A DNA stretch of 64,000 nt from Alphaproteobacteria bacterium (GTDB lineage Bacteria > Pseudomonadota > Alphaproteobacteria > RF32 > CAG-239). The first letter of the stretch is position 1. Each line of letters starts with the position of its first letter. The translations under genes were made by a program, and so were the position numbers. The notes below the pieces were generated by a model. That model was not told the origin of the DNA and did no database searches. It saw only the letters and a program-made list of their open reading frames with translations. Positions 52,112 to 62,824 of the stretch are shown here, one piece after another. The stretch is from positions 75,398-139,397 of the forward strand of contig JAFUEX010000024.1 of NCBI GenBank assembly GCA_017470165.1, written 5' to 3'.

Positions 52112-53362
52112 TTAGGCGCGGCGTTCGAGTTTGGCGATAAAGAAACCGTCGGCGCCGCCAAATTCAGACAGGTGGTGCGGCAAAATGCGCAAAAAACCTT
52201 GGGGAGATATAATGGAGGTCAGGGTGAGAGGAATTTTCGGGGCCAAACTGACTGTGCGAAATTCGGGATGCTCGTCCAAAAAAGAAAGAATTTGTTTTTC
52301 ACCCTCAAGCGAACATAAGGAACAAGTGCAATAAAGCAGAATGCCTGAGGGGACAATGTGGGAAGCAGACAGGTCGAGAAGACGTTGCTGCAAGGCGGCT
52401 TGTTTGGTGATGTCGGCGGCGGTTTTGAGGTGGGCAACTTCGGGGTGGCGCCGCAAAGTGCCGGTGGCTGAGCAGGGAGCGTCAAGCAGGATTATGTCGT
52501 ACATATCGGAGGTTTGTGTAAAATAATCAATAGCATCGGCACAGATAACCTCTTGAGGTGACAAGTGCAGACGGTCGAGATTTTCGCGTAAAATTGCCAG
52601 CCGCGGCGAGGAAATATCTAACGCGGTGACCTTGGCGCCTTGCACCAGAAGCTGAGCGGTTTTGCCTCCGGGGGCGGCGCAGACATCCAAGACGCGTTTG
52701 CCGCGCAGGTCGGAAAGCATTTTTACCGGCAGAGAGGATGAGAAGTCCTGCACTTGCCAAGTGCCGGCGTTGTAATCGGGCAGCTCGGAGATTTTGCCTT
52801 GGGATTTGAAGCGCAGAGTGCCCAAGGGAAGGATTTTTCCCATTGATGACAGCAGCGAATCGCGATGAAATAAGGTGACGTCCAACAAAGGCTCAAGCAT
52901 TGATGATTGCTCAATTCGAGCCACAACTTTCGGAGAATAATCTTGCAGTAACAGCGAGCGAAAACGCGGTGGAAAAAACTCGTTGGTATCGGCGGCCAGC
53001 AATTCCGACTTGGCGGAATTTATTTTGCGTAATACGGCATTGACGAATCCGGCGGCAAAGCGATTTTGTGATTTTTTGACAAGCCCGACATAAGAATTGA
53101 TAACCGCATAAGCCGGAGATTTCATATAGAGTAATTCGGCAGCACCCAAGAGGAGGGCGTATTTGGTAGTGTTGTGCTGTTTGAGGATTTTGGGAGAGGC
53201 AAATTTGCGTAAAATGCTTGTAATATAGGTCATATGACGCAAGGTGGTGCGGACGAGCATATGGATGAAAGCGGCATTGTCCGAAGGAGCGGAGCCGATG
53301 GCGGGAGCTGAGGTTAAAATATCGGTGAAAATTTTTAAGGCGTCGGCGCGGCTGTCAGACAT
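52112..53362 (-). CDS. rsmB: 16S rRNA m5C967 methyltransferase (Sun/NOL1 family).
   Basis: SAM motif VLDVCAAPGGKT and catalytic DAPCSATGTLRRHPE. Confidence 0.75.
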   Translation of the reverse strand: MSDSRADALKIFTDILTSAPAIGSAPSDNAAFIHMLVRTTLRHMTYITSILRKFASPKILKQHNTTKYALLLGAAELLYMKSPAYAVINSYVGLVKKSQNRFAAGFVNAVLRKINSAKSELLAADTNEFFPPRFRSLLLQDYSPKVVARIEQSSMLEPLLDVTLFHRDSLLSSMGKILPLGTLRFKSQGKISELPDYNAGTWQVQDFSSSLPVKMLSDLRGKRVLDVCAAPGGKTAQLLVQGAKVTALDISSPRLAILRENLDRLHLSPQEVICADAIDYFTQTSDMYDIILLDAPCSATGTLRRHPEVAHLKTAADITKQAALQQRLLDLSASHIVPSGILLYCTCSLCSLEGEKQILSFLDEHPEFRTVSLAPKIPLTLTSIISPQGFLRILPHHLSEFGGADGFFIAKLERRA

Positions 53363-53513
53363 GGCTTGTTCGTTCCTTAGCTGAGGGTTAACTTGCCGCT
53401 ATATTACAAAATCGGCAAAGTAATTACAAGATTAAAAAATGCCTCTTGTAAAATATATTAAACTGAGATATTTTGGGGTTAATTGGTAATTTTTTAGATG
53501 GTTTGAAAAAATA

Positions 53514-55964
53514 ATGAGCAAAAAATATAATGGAAAAAATACTTTTGCCGAGTGGCAGCAAGACTGGGCAATGGAGGATAGATACAACTTTAAGGCCATT
53601 GAGAAAAAATGGCAGGAAATTTGGGAAGACGAAAAGGCTTATCATGTCGAGATTGATAAGAATAAGGAGAAGTTTTATGCTTTGGTAGAGTTCCCTTATC
53701 CCTCGGGAGCCGGTTTGCACGTCGGGCATCCTCGTTCGTATACGGCGCTGGATGTGATTGCGCGCAAAAAACGGATGCAAGGGTTTAATGTGCTTTATCC
53801 GATGGGGTTTGATGCGTTTGGGCTGCCGGCCGAGAATTATGCGATTAAGACCGGTATTCATCCGGCGGTGTCGACAAAAGAAAATATAGCCAATTTTACG
53901 CGTCAGCTGAAGATGATCGGTTTGTCGTTTGACTGGGACAGATGTATTTCTACCTGTGATCCGGAGTATTATAAGTGGACACAGTGGATGTTTATCAAGT
54001 TTTTTGAAAAAGGACTGGCGTATAAGGCAAAGATGGCGGTTAACTGGTGTCCTTCCTGCAAAGCGGGGCTGGCTAATGAGGAGGTGGTTAACGGTCGTTG
54101 CGAACGCTGCGGCGAGGAGGTGGTGCGCCGCGACAAAGAGCAATGGATGATGGCGATTACCAAATATGCCGACCGGTTGATAAATGATTTGGACGGTGTT
54201 GATTTTATTGAGCGGGTGAAAGCGCAGCAAGCCAACTGGATAGGGCGTTCGGAAGGAGCAGAGCTGGATTTCGAGTTTGGTTCGGACAGGCTCAAAGTGT
54301 TTACTACACGGCCGGATACGGCGTTTGGTGTGACTTATATGGTGTTGGCGCCGGAGCACCCATTTGTGGCTAAATATATGAGCAAATTTGACAATCCGCA
54401 AGAAGTGGCAGCCTATGTTGCCGAGACGGCCAAAAAGTCGGATTTGCAACGTTCGATAAGCGAGGAGAAGACTGGGGTTGAGCTTAAAGGGATGAAGGCG
54501 AAAAACCCCTTTACGGGAGAGATGATTCCGGTGTTTATTTCCGATTATGTGTTGACCGGATATGGTACGGGCGCCATTATGGCGGTGCCGGCGCATGATC
54601 AGCGAGATTATGATTTTGCCAAGGCGTTTGGGCTGCCGATTGTGCAGGTATTGGCCGGCGGCGATATTTCCGAGAAGGCGTGGGAAGAAGACGGCGAACA
54701 CATAAATTCGGGGTTTTTGAACGGATTGAACAAAGAAGAGGCTATTCGCAAGGCGATAGACTATGCCAAAGATAAAGGTTTTGGCAATGCTAAGGTTAAT
54801 TTTAAGCTGCGTGATTGGGTGTTCTCGCGTCAGCGTTATTGGGGCGAGCCGATACCGATGGTTTATTGCGAAAAATGCGGCTGGCAGCCGATACCGGAGG
54901 CGGAGCTGCCGCTGACTTTGCCCGAAGTGAGTGATTATCGGCCTAATGATGAAGGAGAGTCTCCTTTGTCGAAGGCGACAGAATGGGTGAATACAACTTG
55001 TCCGAAGTGCCATGGTCCAGCGCGGCGGGAGACTGATACAATGCCGCAGTGGGCGGGTTCGTCGTGGTATTTTCTGCGCTATTGCGATCCACATAATGAC
55101 AAAGAATTTGCCGCTAAAGAGGCGTTGGATTATTGGATGAATGTTGACTGGTATAACGGGGGTATGGAACACACCACTTTGCACTTGTTGTACTCGCGCT
55201 TTTGGCATAAGTTTTTGTATGATTGCGGCTATGTGACAAGCAAGGAGCCCTATAATAAACGCACATCGCATGGGATGATTTTGGCGGCCAATGGCGAAAA
55301 GATGTCAAAGTCGCGCGGCAATGTGGTTAATCCGGACGAGATTGTGAATAATTATGGGGCAGACAGTTTCAGGCTGTATGAAATGTTTATCGGTCCGTTT
55401 GACCAGACAGCAATGTGGTCGGAAGAAAGCCTGATGGGGGTTTATCGGTTTGTCGGCAAGGTATATAACTTGTTTAGAAAAGTCGGGCAAGCCGCACTGA
55501 CGGAAAAAGATTTGCGAGCGATGCATGGCTGTATTTTGGAAGTAAGCGAAAGAATTGACCAGATGAAGTTTAACACTGCGGTGTCGTCACTGATGAGCTA
55601 TGTTAATTATTTGTCGGGGATGGAGATGGTGCCAAGCGAGATGTATGAGGTGCTGCTGAAACTTATCTCGCCGTTTACGCCGCATTTGGCCGAAGAGCTG
55701 TGGGCAAGGCTGGGACATGATAAGCTGATTGTTAAGGAAGAATGGCCCAAGGGCGATGCTAAGTTGGCGGAGAATAATGTGGTGACCTATGCCGTGCAGA
55801 TTTGCGGCAAAATGCGCGGCACTATAGAAATGCCCAAAGATGCGGCAAAAGATGAGGTGGAGAAAAAGGCCTTGGAGCTGCATAATGTTAAGAAAATGTT
55901 GGAGGACAAGGAAATTAGAAAAATTATTGTGGTTCCGAACAAAATTGTGAACATAGTTGCGTAG
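53514..55964 (+). CDS. leuS: Leucyl-tRNA synthetase.
   Basis: 816 aa with a HIGH-type motif (PSGAGLHVGH) and KMSKS. Confidence 0.9.
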   Translation: MSKKYNGKNTFAEWQQDWAMEDRYNFKAIEKKWQEIWEDEKAYHVEIDKNKEKFYALVEFPYPSGAGLHVGHPRSYTALDVIARKKRMQGFNVLYPMGFDAFGLPAENYAIKTGIHPAVSTKENIANFTRQLKMIGLSFDWDRCISTCDPEYYKWTQWMFIKFFEKGLAYKAKMAVNWCPSCKAGLANEEVVNGRCERCGEEVVRRDKEQWMMAITKYADRLINDLDGVDFIERVKAQQANWIGRSEGAELDFEFGSDRLKVFTTRPDTAFGVTYMVLAPEHPFVAKYMSKFDNPQEVAAYVAETAKKSDLQRSISEEKTGVELKGMKAKNPFTGEMIPVFISDYVLTGYGTGAIMAVPAHDQRDYDFAKAFGLPIVQVLAGGDISEKAWEEDGEHINSGFLNGLNKEEAIRKAIDYAKDKGFGNAKVNFKLRDWVFSRQRYWGEPIPMVYCEKCGWQPIPEAELPLTLPEVSDYRPNDEGESPLSKATEWVNTTCPKCHGPARRETDTMPQWAGSSWYFLRYCDPHNDKEFAAKEALDYWMNVDWYNGGMEHTTLHLLYSRFWHKFLYDCGYVTSKEPYNKRTSHGMILAANGEKMSKSRGNVVNPDEIVNNYGADSFRLYEMFIGPFDQTAMWSEESLMGVYRFVGKVYNLFRKVGQAALTEKDLRAMHGCILEVSERIDQMKFNTAVSSLMSYVNYLSGMEMVPSEMYEVLLKLISPFTPHLAEELWARLGHDKLIVKEEWPKGDAKLAENNVVTYAVQICGKMRGTIEMPKDAAKDEVEKKALELHNVKKMLEDKEIRKIIVVPNKIVNIVA

Positions 55965-55987
55965 TGGTTTGAGCGAAAAAAAGGGGA

Positions 55988-56527
55988 TTGAAGATGAAAA
56001 TTGTTAAAATGCTGATTGCGGCGGGAATGTTGTCGGCTTGCGGGTTTCAACCGTTGTATGTGCAACGCAGCAACAGTTCGGATTGGTATTTTAATGACAA
56101 ATTTGACACGTCGATAACTCAAGAGATGGCGCAGATTAAGGTGCTGACCATTAAAGACCGTTTTGGCCAGCAGCTTAGAAACAATCTGTTGGATTTGCTG
56201 ACGCCGCGCGGAGTGCCCCAGAATGCTAAATATCGTCTGGATGTGAAGCTGACCGACAAACGAGTTACGCAGCAAGCGATGCGCAACGACGTTACGGCTA
56301 CTAATGAGCGGATAAAATATTTGGTGAGCTATAGTTTGTTTGAGGGGGCGGATAAATTGGTGAGCGGCGAATCGATAGCTTTTGTGAGCTATGATATTTT
56401 GGCCAATCCTTATTCGACTACGATGTCGCAAAAAAAGGCGGAAGAGGATGCTACCAAAATTATTGCCAATGATATCGCGCTGCGATTGGGGGCGTATTTC
56501 CACACGCGGATGGGCGGCGAGAGATGA
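55988..56527 (+). CDS. lptE: LPS-assembly lipoprotein.
   Basis: Lipobox LSACG. Conserved leuS-lptE-holA synteny. Confidence 0.65.
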   Translation: MKMKIVKMLIAAGMLSACGFQPLYVQRSNSSDWYFNDKFDTSITQEMAQIKVLTIKDRFGQQLRNNLLDLLTPRGVPQNAKYRLDVKLTDKRVTQQAMRNDVTATNERIKYLVSYSLFEGADKLVSGESIAFVSYDILANPYSTTMSQKKAEEDATKIIANDIALRLGAYFHTRMGGER

Positions 56528-57558
56528 TATTTAAGGCGGCGCAAGTCGAAAGTTATTGCAAAAAGCCGGATATGAATATCAAGGCGGTGCTGGTGTATGG
56601 TCCAAACGAGGGACTGGCCGCCGAATATGCCAGAAAATTTGCCTTAAGTGTGGTGGCGGATTTGAATGATCCGTTTTGTGCGGTGGATATGAGCTGGGAT
56701 GAGGTTAAACGCGATGTCGGGCGATTGGTCGGCGAATATAATGCGCAGTCGTTGTTGGCCGGTCGGCGAGTGATTTTGCTGCGGGATGCGGATAATGATT
56801 TGACCAAAGTGCTGCAAAGTTTTATTGAAGAGAGCAAGTCGGATACTTTGTTGGTGGTAAACGGCGGGGCGACGCTGAATAATCGCAGTTCGCTGGTGAA
56901 TTATTTTAATACGGAAAAGTTTTTGGCCGCGGCGGCTTGTTATGAAGACCGCGATGAAGGAGTTGCCACATCGGCGCGGCAAATGCTGACGGAAAATCAG
57001 ATAACCTATACCAGAGAGGCTTTTGAGCTGTTGTGCAGTCGGTTGTCGAATGACCGTAAGTCAAATATCAATGAGATTGACAAGCTGGTGACTTATGTCG
57101 GCAGCAAGAAGCATTTTGATATTGAAGATGTGCGCAAAACGGTGTTTGATGCCTCGGTGTCGGCCGCGGATGATTTGGGGTTTTATGTGTTTTCGGGACT
57201 AAAAATCAAGGCGCTGAATGCTTTGAAAAACTTGCTCAACGAGGGGGTTGAAGAGGTGCAGATAGTTCGCGCCTTGAGCCGCCATGCCAATATGCTGTTG
57301 GAGGGAAAAGCCCTGACGGAAGATGGTATAAACGCCGGTGAGGCGATTAAAAAAGTGCTATCGAAACGGCTGTTTTATCGTTATGATATGGGGGAGCGGC
57401 AAATCAGTGCTTGGTCAAAAGACCGGCTGTTTGATGCAATGTCGCTGCTGTATAAAGCGGAGAGAGATTGTAAAACCACTAATTATCCTTCGGTTGAGAT
57501 AGTGAATTATTTGGTTTTGACGCTGACGGCGGCCGGAGCCAAACTGTTGCATCGTTGA
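56524..57558 (+). CDS. holA: DNA polymerase III delta subunit.
   Basis: 344 aa, overlapping the lptE stop. HolA-like pattern and synteny. Confidence 0.65.
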   Translation: MIFKAAQVESYCKKPDMNIKAVLVYGPNEGLAAEYARKFALSVVADLNDPFCAVDMSWDEVKRDVGRLVGEYNAQSLLAGRRVILLRDADNDLTKVLQSFIEESKSDTLLVVNGGATLNNRSSLVNYFNTEKFLAAAACYEDRDEGVATSARQMLTENQITYTREAFELLCSRLSNDRKSNINEIDKLVTYVGSKKHFDIEDVRKTVFDASVSAADDLGFYVFSGLKIKALNALKNLLNEGVEEVQIVRALSRHANMLLEGKALTEDGINAGEAIKKVLSKRLFYRYDMGERQISAWSKDRLFDAMSLLYKAERDCKTTNYPSVEIVNYLVLTLTAAGAKLLHR

Positions 57559-57642
57559 TTTTTTTATTTACAAGCAGAGATAAAAATGCTATGTCAAACA
57601 TAGTTTGCTAGAATTATGTTTAATTATTAAATCAATAAAATT

Positions 57643-58248
57643 ATGGATGCAATAGATGTTTTAGCCTTAGTGGTTTTGGCAACGATGTTGGCCGGTTTGA
57701 TACGACTGATAGTGATTGCTGCCAAAGAAAAAAAGAACAATCCGAAAAATGCGACGGATAAAGATTCGATAATGCGAGAATTGTTCGGTCCGATTACTTA
57801 TGTTGAAGAAAAAGGTTTGGGACTTGAGCCGCCGTACAACGGAAAGATGCCGCATAAGATAGAATTTGAGGTCGGATGTTTGCCGCGCTATGTTTATGAA
57901 AATTTGCAAGAAAGCGAAAAGATGCTGGAAGGATGCGGCAGGATAATCGGTTATCGTATAGGCGAGGACTTGGTTATCGGGGCTATGATCGGCGGTGATG
58001 ATTTCGGTTGGCTGGCCGGTCAGGCAGCAAGGTTTATCGAGTATTATAACGGGCGGTTGTTGACTTTTGAACAATCAAAAGTGTTGGCCGGTTGTTTGAG
58101 AAGGTTGGATGAACTGCGAAGCGCCTGCGGTGATACACCGATGCCTAGGATGTGGTGGATAAAAGGCTTTGATGTTTTTGATGCTGTTACCGGAGATCTG
58201 CTGATATTGCCGGATTTGGATCGCGGCGGTGTGGTTATGGCATTATAA
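57643..58248 (+). CDS. Hypothetical protein with an N-terminal transmembrane helix.
   Basis: 201-aa ORF. Confidence 0.4.
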   Translation: MDAIDVLALVVLATMLAGLIRLIVIAAKEKKNNPKNATDKDSIMRELFGPITYVEEKGLGLEPPYNGKMPHKIEFEVGCLPRYVYENLQESEKMLEGCGRIIGYRIGEDLVIGAMIGGDDFGWLAGQAARFIEYYNGRLLTFEQSKVLAGCLRRLDELRSACGDTPMPRMWWIKGFDVFDAVTGDLLILPDLDRGGVVMAL

Positions 58249-58374
58249 GACTGATGAAAGAAAACGCTTCTGACTTGAGAGAAAAGTCGAAGCGTTTTTG
58301 ATTTTTTAATAAAATATTATGGATTTGTGCTTTATAGTGCGGAAAAGGTAAGGTTATAAGCAGAGGATACAAAT

Positions 58375-59040
58375 TTGATATTTTGGGTGGCCGGAGCTTT
58401 TTTGTGGGGAATGATGACGCCTTATATGGCAAGGCGTTTTGCTAAGTTTATGCCGGCTACTTTGGCTTGTGCGGTGGTGGAGCTTTTGCGAATCGAGAAA
58501 CGCGGCAAAAATTATCGTAAAACAGATTTGTATAAAAAACTGGTATGGCGCTCGGTGATGGCGGGGTTGATTAATGCGATGCTGACGTTGGGCGTATGGG
58601 TGTTTTTGGCCAAGCCGGAGCTTGCGACGGTTTATGTTTGGGTGTTGCTTTTGGCTGCTGAGATTGATATCAGGATGTTTGTGCTGCCGGATATTTTGAC
58701 CATACCGCTGATGATAATCGGAATAGCTGCGGCTTATGCCGGATTTGGCGTGGTGACGATAGACGAGAGTGTATGGGGCGCGCTGGCGGGATATTTTCTG
58801 CCGGCGGCGGTGAGTTTGCTGGTGGTATGGTATCGGCGAGATGCTTTTGGCGGCGGAGATATAAAACTGCTGGCGGCTGTCGGGGCGTGGCTGGGAGTTG
58901 AAGGATTGTTGTATGTGATTGCCGTTGCTTCAGTTTTGGGATTGGTGACGGCGGCGGTGCAAAAAAAGCGCGAGTTGGCTTTCGGGCCGATGTTGGCAGT
59001 GGCCGGAATAGCGATGATGTTTTGGATTGGGATAAAATAA
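58375..59040 (+). CDS. A24-family prepilin peptidase (CpaA/TadV-like).
   Basis: Multi-transmembrane protein with the GGGDIKLLAAVGAWLG motif. Confidence 0.6.
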   Translation: MIFWVAGAFLWGMMTPYMARRFAKFMPATLACAVVELLRIEKRGKNYRKTDLYKKLVWRSVMAGLINAMLTLGVWVFLAKPELATVYVWVLLLAAEIDIRMFVLPDILTIPLMIIGIAAAYAGFGVVTIDESVWGALAGYFLPAAVSLLVVWYRRDAFGGGDIKLLAAVGAWLGVEGLLYVIAVASVLGLVTAAVQKKRELAFGPMLAVAGIAMMFWIGIK

Positions 59041-59052
59041 GGGAGGTTTGAG

Positions 59053-59784
59053 ATGACGGATAAGAAAACCGCAACAACAGGTAAAAAGAAACTGAATAAA
59101 CTATATTACAATGATAATCAGCGGCGATTGGTGACTTTGCTGGGAAGCAAAGGGTTTGACCGGTTTATTATGTTGATTATTTTGGCTGATGCGGTGCTGC
59201 AAGGACTGATGACTTCTCCGACAATGACTTTCTACTATGATAATGTGATGTATTTGCTGGATAGAATGTTTATGGGAATATTTATCAGCGAGATATTTTT
59301 GAAAATGGTTACGTGGCGGAAAGAGTTTTTTAGGTCGAATTGGAATATTTTTGATTTGGTCGTGGTGGGAGTATCCTCGCTGCCGCTGATGAGTATTTTT
59401 ATTGTGCTGCGTACTTTCCGCCTGCTTAGATTGATAAAATATGAAAATCGCAATGATAAGGTGGGAATGGTCGTTGAGGTATTTTTGCGGATGATGCCGG
59501 TATTTGCTGCATATATGGCAGTTTTTGCGGTGTTCTTTTATATATTTGCGATTATGGCGGTTAATATGTTCGGGGATACTTTTGTGGTGTTTGGCAGCTT
59601 GGGGGAGGCGACTTTTTCGTTGCTGCAAGTGTTTACGCTGGACGGATGGGCAAGCACAATAGCGCGTCCGGTGATGGTGGTTTATCCGATGGCGTGGGCA
59701 TTCTTTAGCGTGTTTTTGCTGATGACTTTTCTTTTGACGCTGAGTTTCGCGGTGGTGGTGTTGAAACTGGAGCTGAAAAGATAA
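59053..59784 (+). CDS. Voltage-gated ion channel, NaChBac-like single 6-transmembrane domain.
   Basis: S4-like RTFRLLRLIK and pore helix/selectivity filter LQVFTLDGWAST. Confidence 0.55.
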   Translation: MTDKKTATTGKKKLNKLYYNDNQRRLVTLLGSKGFDRFIMLIILADAVLQGLMTSPTMTFYYDNVMYLLDRMFMGIFISEIFLKMVTWRKEFFRSNWNIFDLVVVGVSSLPLMSIFIVLRTFRLLRLIKYENRNDKVGMVVEVFLRMMPVFAAYMAVFAVFFYIFAIMAVNMFGDTFVVFGSLGEATFSLLQVFTLDGWASTIARPVMVVYPMAWAFFSVFLLMTFLLTLSFAVVVLKLELKR

Positions 59785-59806
59785 ACACGTTGAGGAAAGC
59801 GGAGGT

Positions 59807-60625
59807 TTAGAGTTTATAGGGCGGACAGGTAAGACCGGCTGGCGAAAGAGTGAAAATTTCCGCGCCGTCGGCAGTTACCGCTAATGAGTGCTCAAATTGA
59901 GCGGACAAGGAGCGGTCTTTGGTGACGGCTGTCCAATCGTTGGCCAAGATAGTGGCGTCTTTTTTGCCGAAGTTTATCATCGGCTCAATAGTGAAAAACA
60001 TTCCTTCTTCTATGCGGGGGCCGGTACCTTTTTTGCCGCAATGCATAACGTTGGGTTCGTCGTGAAAGACTTTGCCTAGGCCGTGCCCGCAAAACATATC
60101 AACCACCGAATAGCCGTAATGATGGGCGATTTCTTCAATAACTGCGCCAATGTCGCCAAAATGAGCTCCGGGTTTGACGGCTTCGATGCCGCGCATTAAG
60201 CATTCGTAAGTTACCTCGCATAAGCGCTTGGCTTTGACGGAGGGTTTGCCGGCATAGTACATTCTTGAGGTATCGCCATGCCAGCCGTCAACGATGACAG
60301 TAACATCGATGTTTAATATTTCGCCATTGAGCAGTTTGCGCTCGGGTGAGGGGATGCCATGGCAGATTTCGTGATTGATGGAAATGCAGGTGTATTTGGG
60401 ATAGCCATGGTAACCGATGCAGGCCGAAGTGCCACCATGCTCAGTGATGTATTGGTTGCAAAGATTGTCAAGATATTCGGTGGTAACATCGGGTGTGACA
60501 TAAGGGGTGATGAAGTCGAGTGTGGCGGCGGCCAAGGCGCCGGCTTTGCGCATACCGGCAAAATCGCCGGCATCGGTGTGGATGACTATTCCGTTTTGAT
60601 TGCGATGAGAGTTGTGATTTGACAT
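59807..60625 (-). CDS. map: Methionine aminopeptidase type I.
   Basis: MetAP motifs (CHGIPS, FCGHGLG, metal ligands). Confidence 0.85.
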   Translation of the reverse strand: MSNHNSHRNQNGIVIHTDAGDFAGMRKAGALAAATLDFITPYVTPDVTTEYLDNLCNQYITEHGGTSACIGYHGYPKYTCISINHEICHGIPSPERKLLNGEILNIDVTVIVDGWHGDTSRMYYAGKPSVKAKRLCEVTYECLMRGIEAVKPGAHFGDIGAVIEEIAHHYGYSVVDMFCGHGLGKVFHDEPNVMHCGKKGTGPRIEEGMFFTIEPMINFGKKDATILANDWTAVTKDRSLSAQFEHSLAVTADGAEIFTLSPAGLTCPPYKL

Positions 60626-60641
60626 TTTAACACCTTTTTGG

Positions 60642-61331
60642 TTAGAAGCTGATTTCTAATTTGCGGCCTAAGGATATGGCATCTTCGCGCAAATTGCAAC
60701 TATAACAGACAAAATTGATACCATCTTGACGGGCATCGTAAATCTTGGCAGAGGCTTGAGGATTGATATCCCAGACAAATTTGGCGCTGATGCAGTCGTC
60801 ACGGGGGGATATCAACACAACATAAGCCGAAGCTCCGGTGGCGACTTTTTGCCGCATGGCTTCAAACATACGAGTTTCAAAAAAATCGATGTTGTGCGGA
60901 AAGATGGCTTGGCCGCCTTTTTTGCGGTAGATGGAAGTGACGTACACATAGGCTTTGGTGCCGGCAGAGGCTTCCAGCTCGAAGTCGATACCGGATTCCT
61001 CGTCGGGTTTGAGCGGACGGCAATGAGCATAGTGGGTAAACTCGGGCAAGTTTTTGGCGCGGAATGCCTCGGCAAACAGAACCTTGTTATATTTGGGGTT
61101 GGCAAATATCCACCCTTGCGGAGTTTTGAGAAAGTGAACACTGTATTTTACGATACGCTCCGGCGCGTTTATTTGCAACAAAACCGGCATATCGGGACGA
61201 CAAATTTCGGCAATTTCCAAGGCGCCGCAAAAGGCTGCCTCCGTTTTGCCGTCGGTGAGCTCGACATCAACCAAAAAATCGTTGTAGACAGCCTTGATTT
61301 TGCCGGCTGCCAATTCGCCATTGTACCGCAA
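60642..61331 (-). CDS. sfsA: Sugar fermentation stimulation protein A homolog.
   Basis: 229 aa with SfsA-like overall pattern. Confidence 0.45.
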   Translation of the reverse strand: MRYNGELAAGKIKAVYNDFLVDVELTDGKTEAAFCGALEIAEICRPDMPVLLQINAPERIVKYSVHFLKTPQGWIFANPKYNKVLFAEAFRAKNLPEFTHYAHCRPLKPDEESGIDFELEASAGTKAYVYVTSIYRKKGGQAIFPHNIDFFETRMFEAMRQKVATGASAYVVLISPRDDCISAKFVWDINPQASAKIYDARQDGINFVCYSCNLREDAISLGRKLEISF

Positions 61332-61394
61332 AAGTCCCTCGTTAACTTGTTCTAAACACTAAAACCCTCTGTCGGAAGAGGGTTTTGATAAAAT

Positions 61395-61481
61395 TGGTGC
61401 TCTGGAAAAGACTCGAACTTTCACGAGGAACCCCTCACAAGTACCTGAAACTTGCGCGTCTACCAATTCCGCCACCAGAGC
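61395..61481 (-). tRNA. tRNA-Leu (anticodon CAG).
   Basis: Reverse complement is GCTCTGGTGGCGGAATTGGTAGACGCGCAAGTTTCAGGTACTTGT...GAGCACCA, a class II tRNA-Leu. Confidence 0.85.
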
Positions 61482-61517
61482 TTCATCTGTGTGATGTGTA
61501 TAAAACCTTTTTATCAA

Positions 61518-62345
61518 TTAGTCAAGAAACTTATGCAAATATCCGTAAGAATCTAATAATAAAAACGAACCCAGTGCGAGACGATAGATGACAAAGGGGA
61601 GAAATGTCGATTTTTTCAGCCACCACATTACGGCATAAATGGCAATTATAGAGGCAACATAAGAATAAACCACGCCGTCGAATAATTGGCAGATTTCCAT
61701 AAGATTGCCGTTTTCGACAACTTTCCAACCGACTAAAATAGCGGCACCTAAAATGGTGGGAATGGACAGCAACATAGAAAATTTGGCAGCCTCGCGGCGT
61801 TCAATGCCCAAAAAACGCGCCATAGTTATGGTTATGCCCGAACGTGAAGTCCCAGGGATGAGAGCCAAACACTGAGCGCAACCGATGAGCAGGGCATCAA
61901 CCACTCCCATATGCTTGATTTGGCGGATGGTCATGGAACAAGAATCGGCGATGAACAGTAAAATGCCGTAACCCAAAATTGTCCAGCCTATCAGGCGGGT
62001 GCTGCGCATCCACTCGGTGCCGTAGCTTTTGAGACTGAGGCCGGCGATTATTACTGGCAGAGTGCCGATGAACAACAGCCAGAAAAGGCGAGCGCCGTCA
62101 AGAGCCAGCGAGGGAATAAATTTGGTTTTCCATAAGCCCTTGAGCATGGCGGCAATGTCGGAGGAAAAATACAGCATAACCGCCAGAATAGAACCTAAAT
62201 GAACTGCGACATCCAAGGTCAGCCCCTGATCGGGGAAATAGGTAAACTTGGAGAGCAAAATGAGATGCCCCGAAGAGCTTACCGGCAAAAATTCGGTGAT
62301 GCCTTGGAGAATCGAAAGATATAAAATATGCAGGTTGCTTAACAC
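61518..62345 (-). CDS. uppP: Undecaprenyl-diphosphate phosphatase.
   Basis: BacA/UppP motifs (SSSGHLIL, PGTSRSG). Confidence 0.8.
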   Translation of the reverse strand: MLSNLHILYLSILQGITEFLPVSSSGHLILLSKFTYFPDQGLTLDVAVHLGSILAVMLYFSSDIAAMLKGLWKTKFIPSLALDGARLFWLLFIGTLPVIIAGLSLKSYGTEWMRSTRLIGWTILGYGILLFIADSCSMTIRQIKHMGVVDALLIGCAQCLALIPGTSRSGITITMARFLGIERREAAKFSMLLSIPTILGAAILVGWKVVENGNLMEICQLFDGVVYSYVASIIAIYAVMWWLKKSTFLPFVIYRLALGSFLLLDSYGYLHKFLD

Positions 62346-62348
62346 GGC

Positions 62349-62771
62349 TTATACTCTTTCTTTGATGCCGAAAGCGGTGCAGATGCGTTTGCGCAAAGCC
62401 AGCGGAGATATCGGCTTGACCAAATATTCGTGGATGCCGATGTTTTTTGCGTCAAGCACGGTTTTTTCTTTGGTGTCAATGGTAACCATAATAATCGGCA
62501 AATCTTTGTTGTCGCCGATTTTGCCTTCTTTGATTTGTCGCGCTAAATCCAGTCCGCTGGGTTCGGGAAGCTGGTGGTCGAGCAGCAGTACATCTATTTT
62601 GTAGCTGCGGATAATCTCGGCTGCTTCTTGCGAAGTGGCGGCCTCACGGGTGTTTTTTATCCCGATTTGGTAGAGCGCAGTCTTGGTGAAAGTGCGCGAA
62701 AACTTGTCATCGTCAACTATAAGGCAGGTTATGGCATCCCAATTGATTTGTTTGTTGCTGACATCATTCAT
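62349..62771 (-). CDS. Single-domain response regulator (receiver domain).
   Basis: CLIVDDD...IDVLLLDHQLP...K pattern of a CheY-like receiver. Confidence 0.6.
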   Translation of the reverse strand: MNDVSNKQINWDAITCLIVDDDKFSRTFTKTALYQIGIKNTREAATSQEAAEIIRSYKIDVLLLDHQLPEPSGLDLARQIKEGKIGDNKDLPIIMVTIDTKEKTVLDAKNIGIHEYLVKPISPLALRKRICTAFGIKERV

Positions 62772-62824
62772 TTTTTTATGCTTTCCGAAAACTTAGTTTA
62801 TGGTTACGAGTTTAGACCTTTTGT

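Noticed and set aside
53424-55271. 615-aa minus-strand ORF (also 55587-55883 and 55787-56503) overlapping leuS and lptE.
   Set aside because: Entirely antisense to the leuS gene, which has unambiguous HIGH/KMSKS motifs. The translation is low-complexity, rich in R/H/I/L, with no motifs, which is typical of a shadow ORF on a GC-skewed gene.
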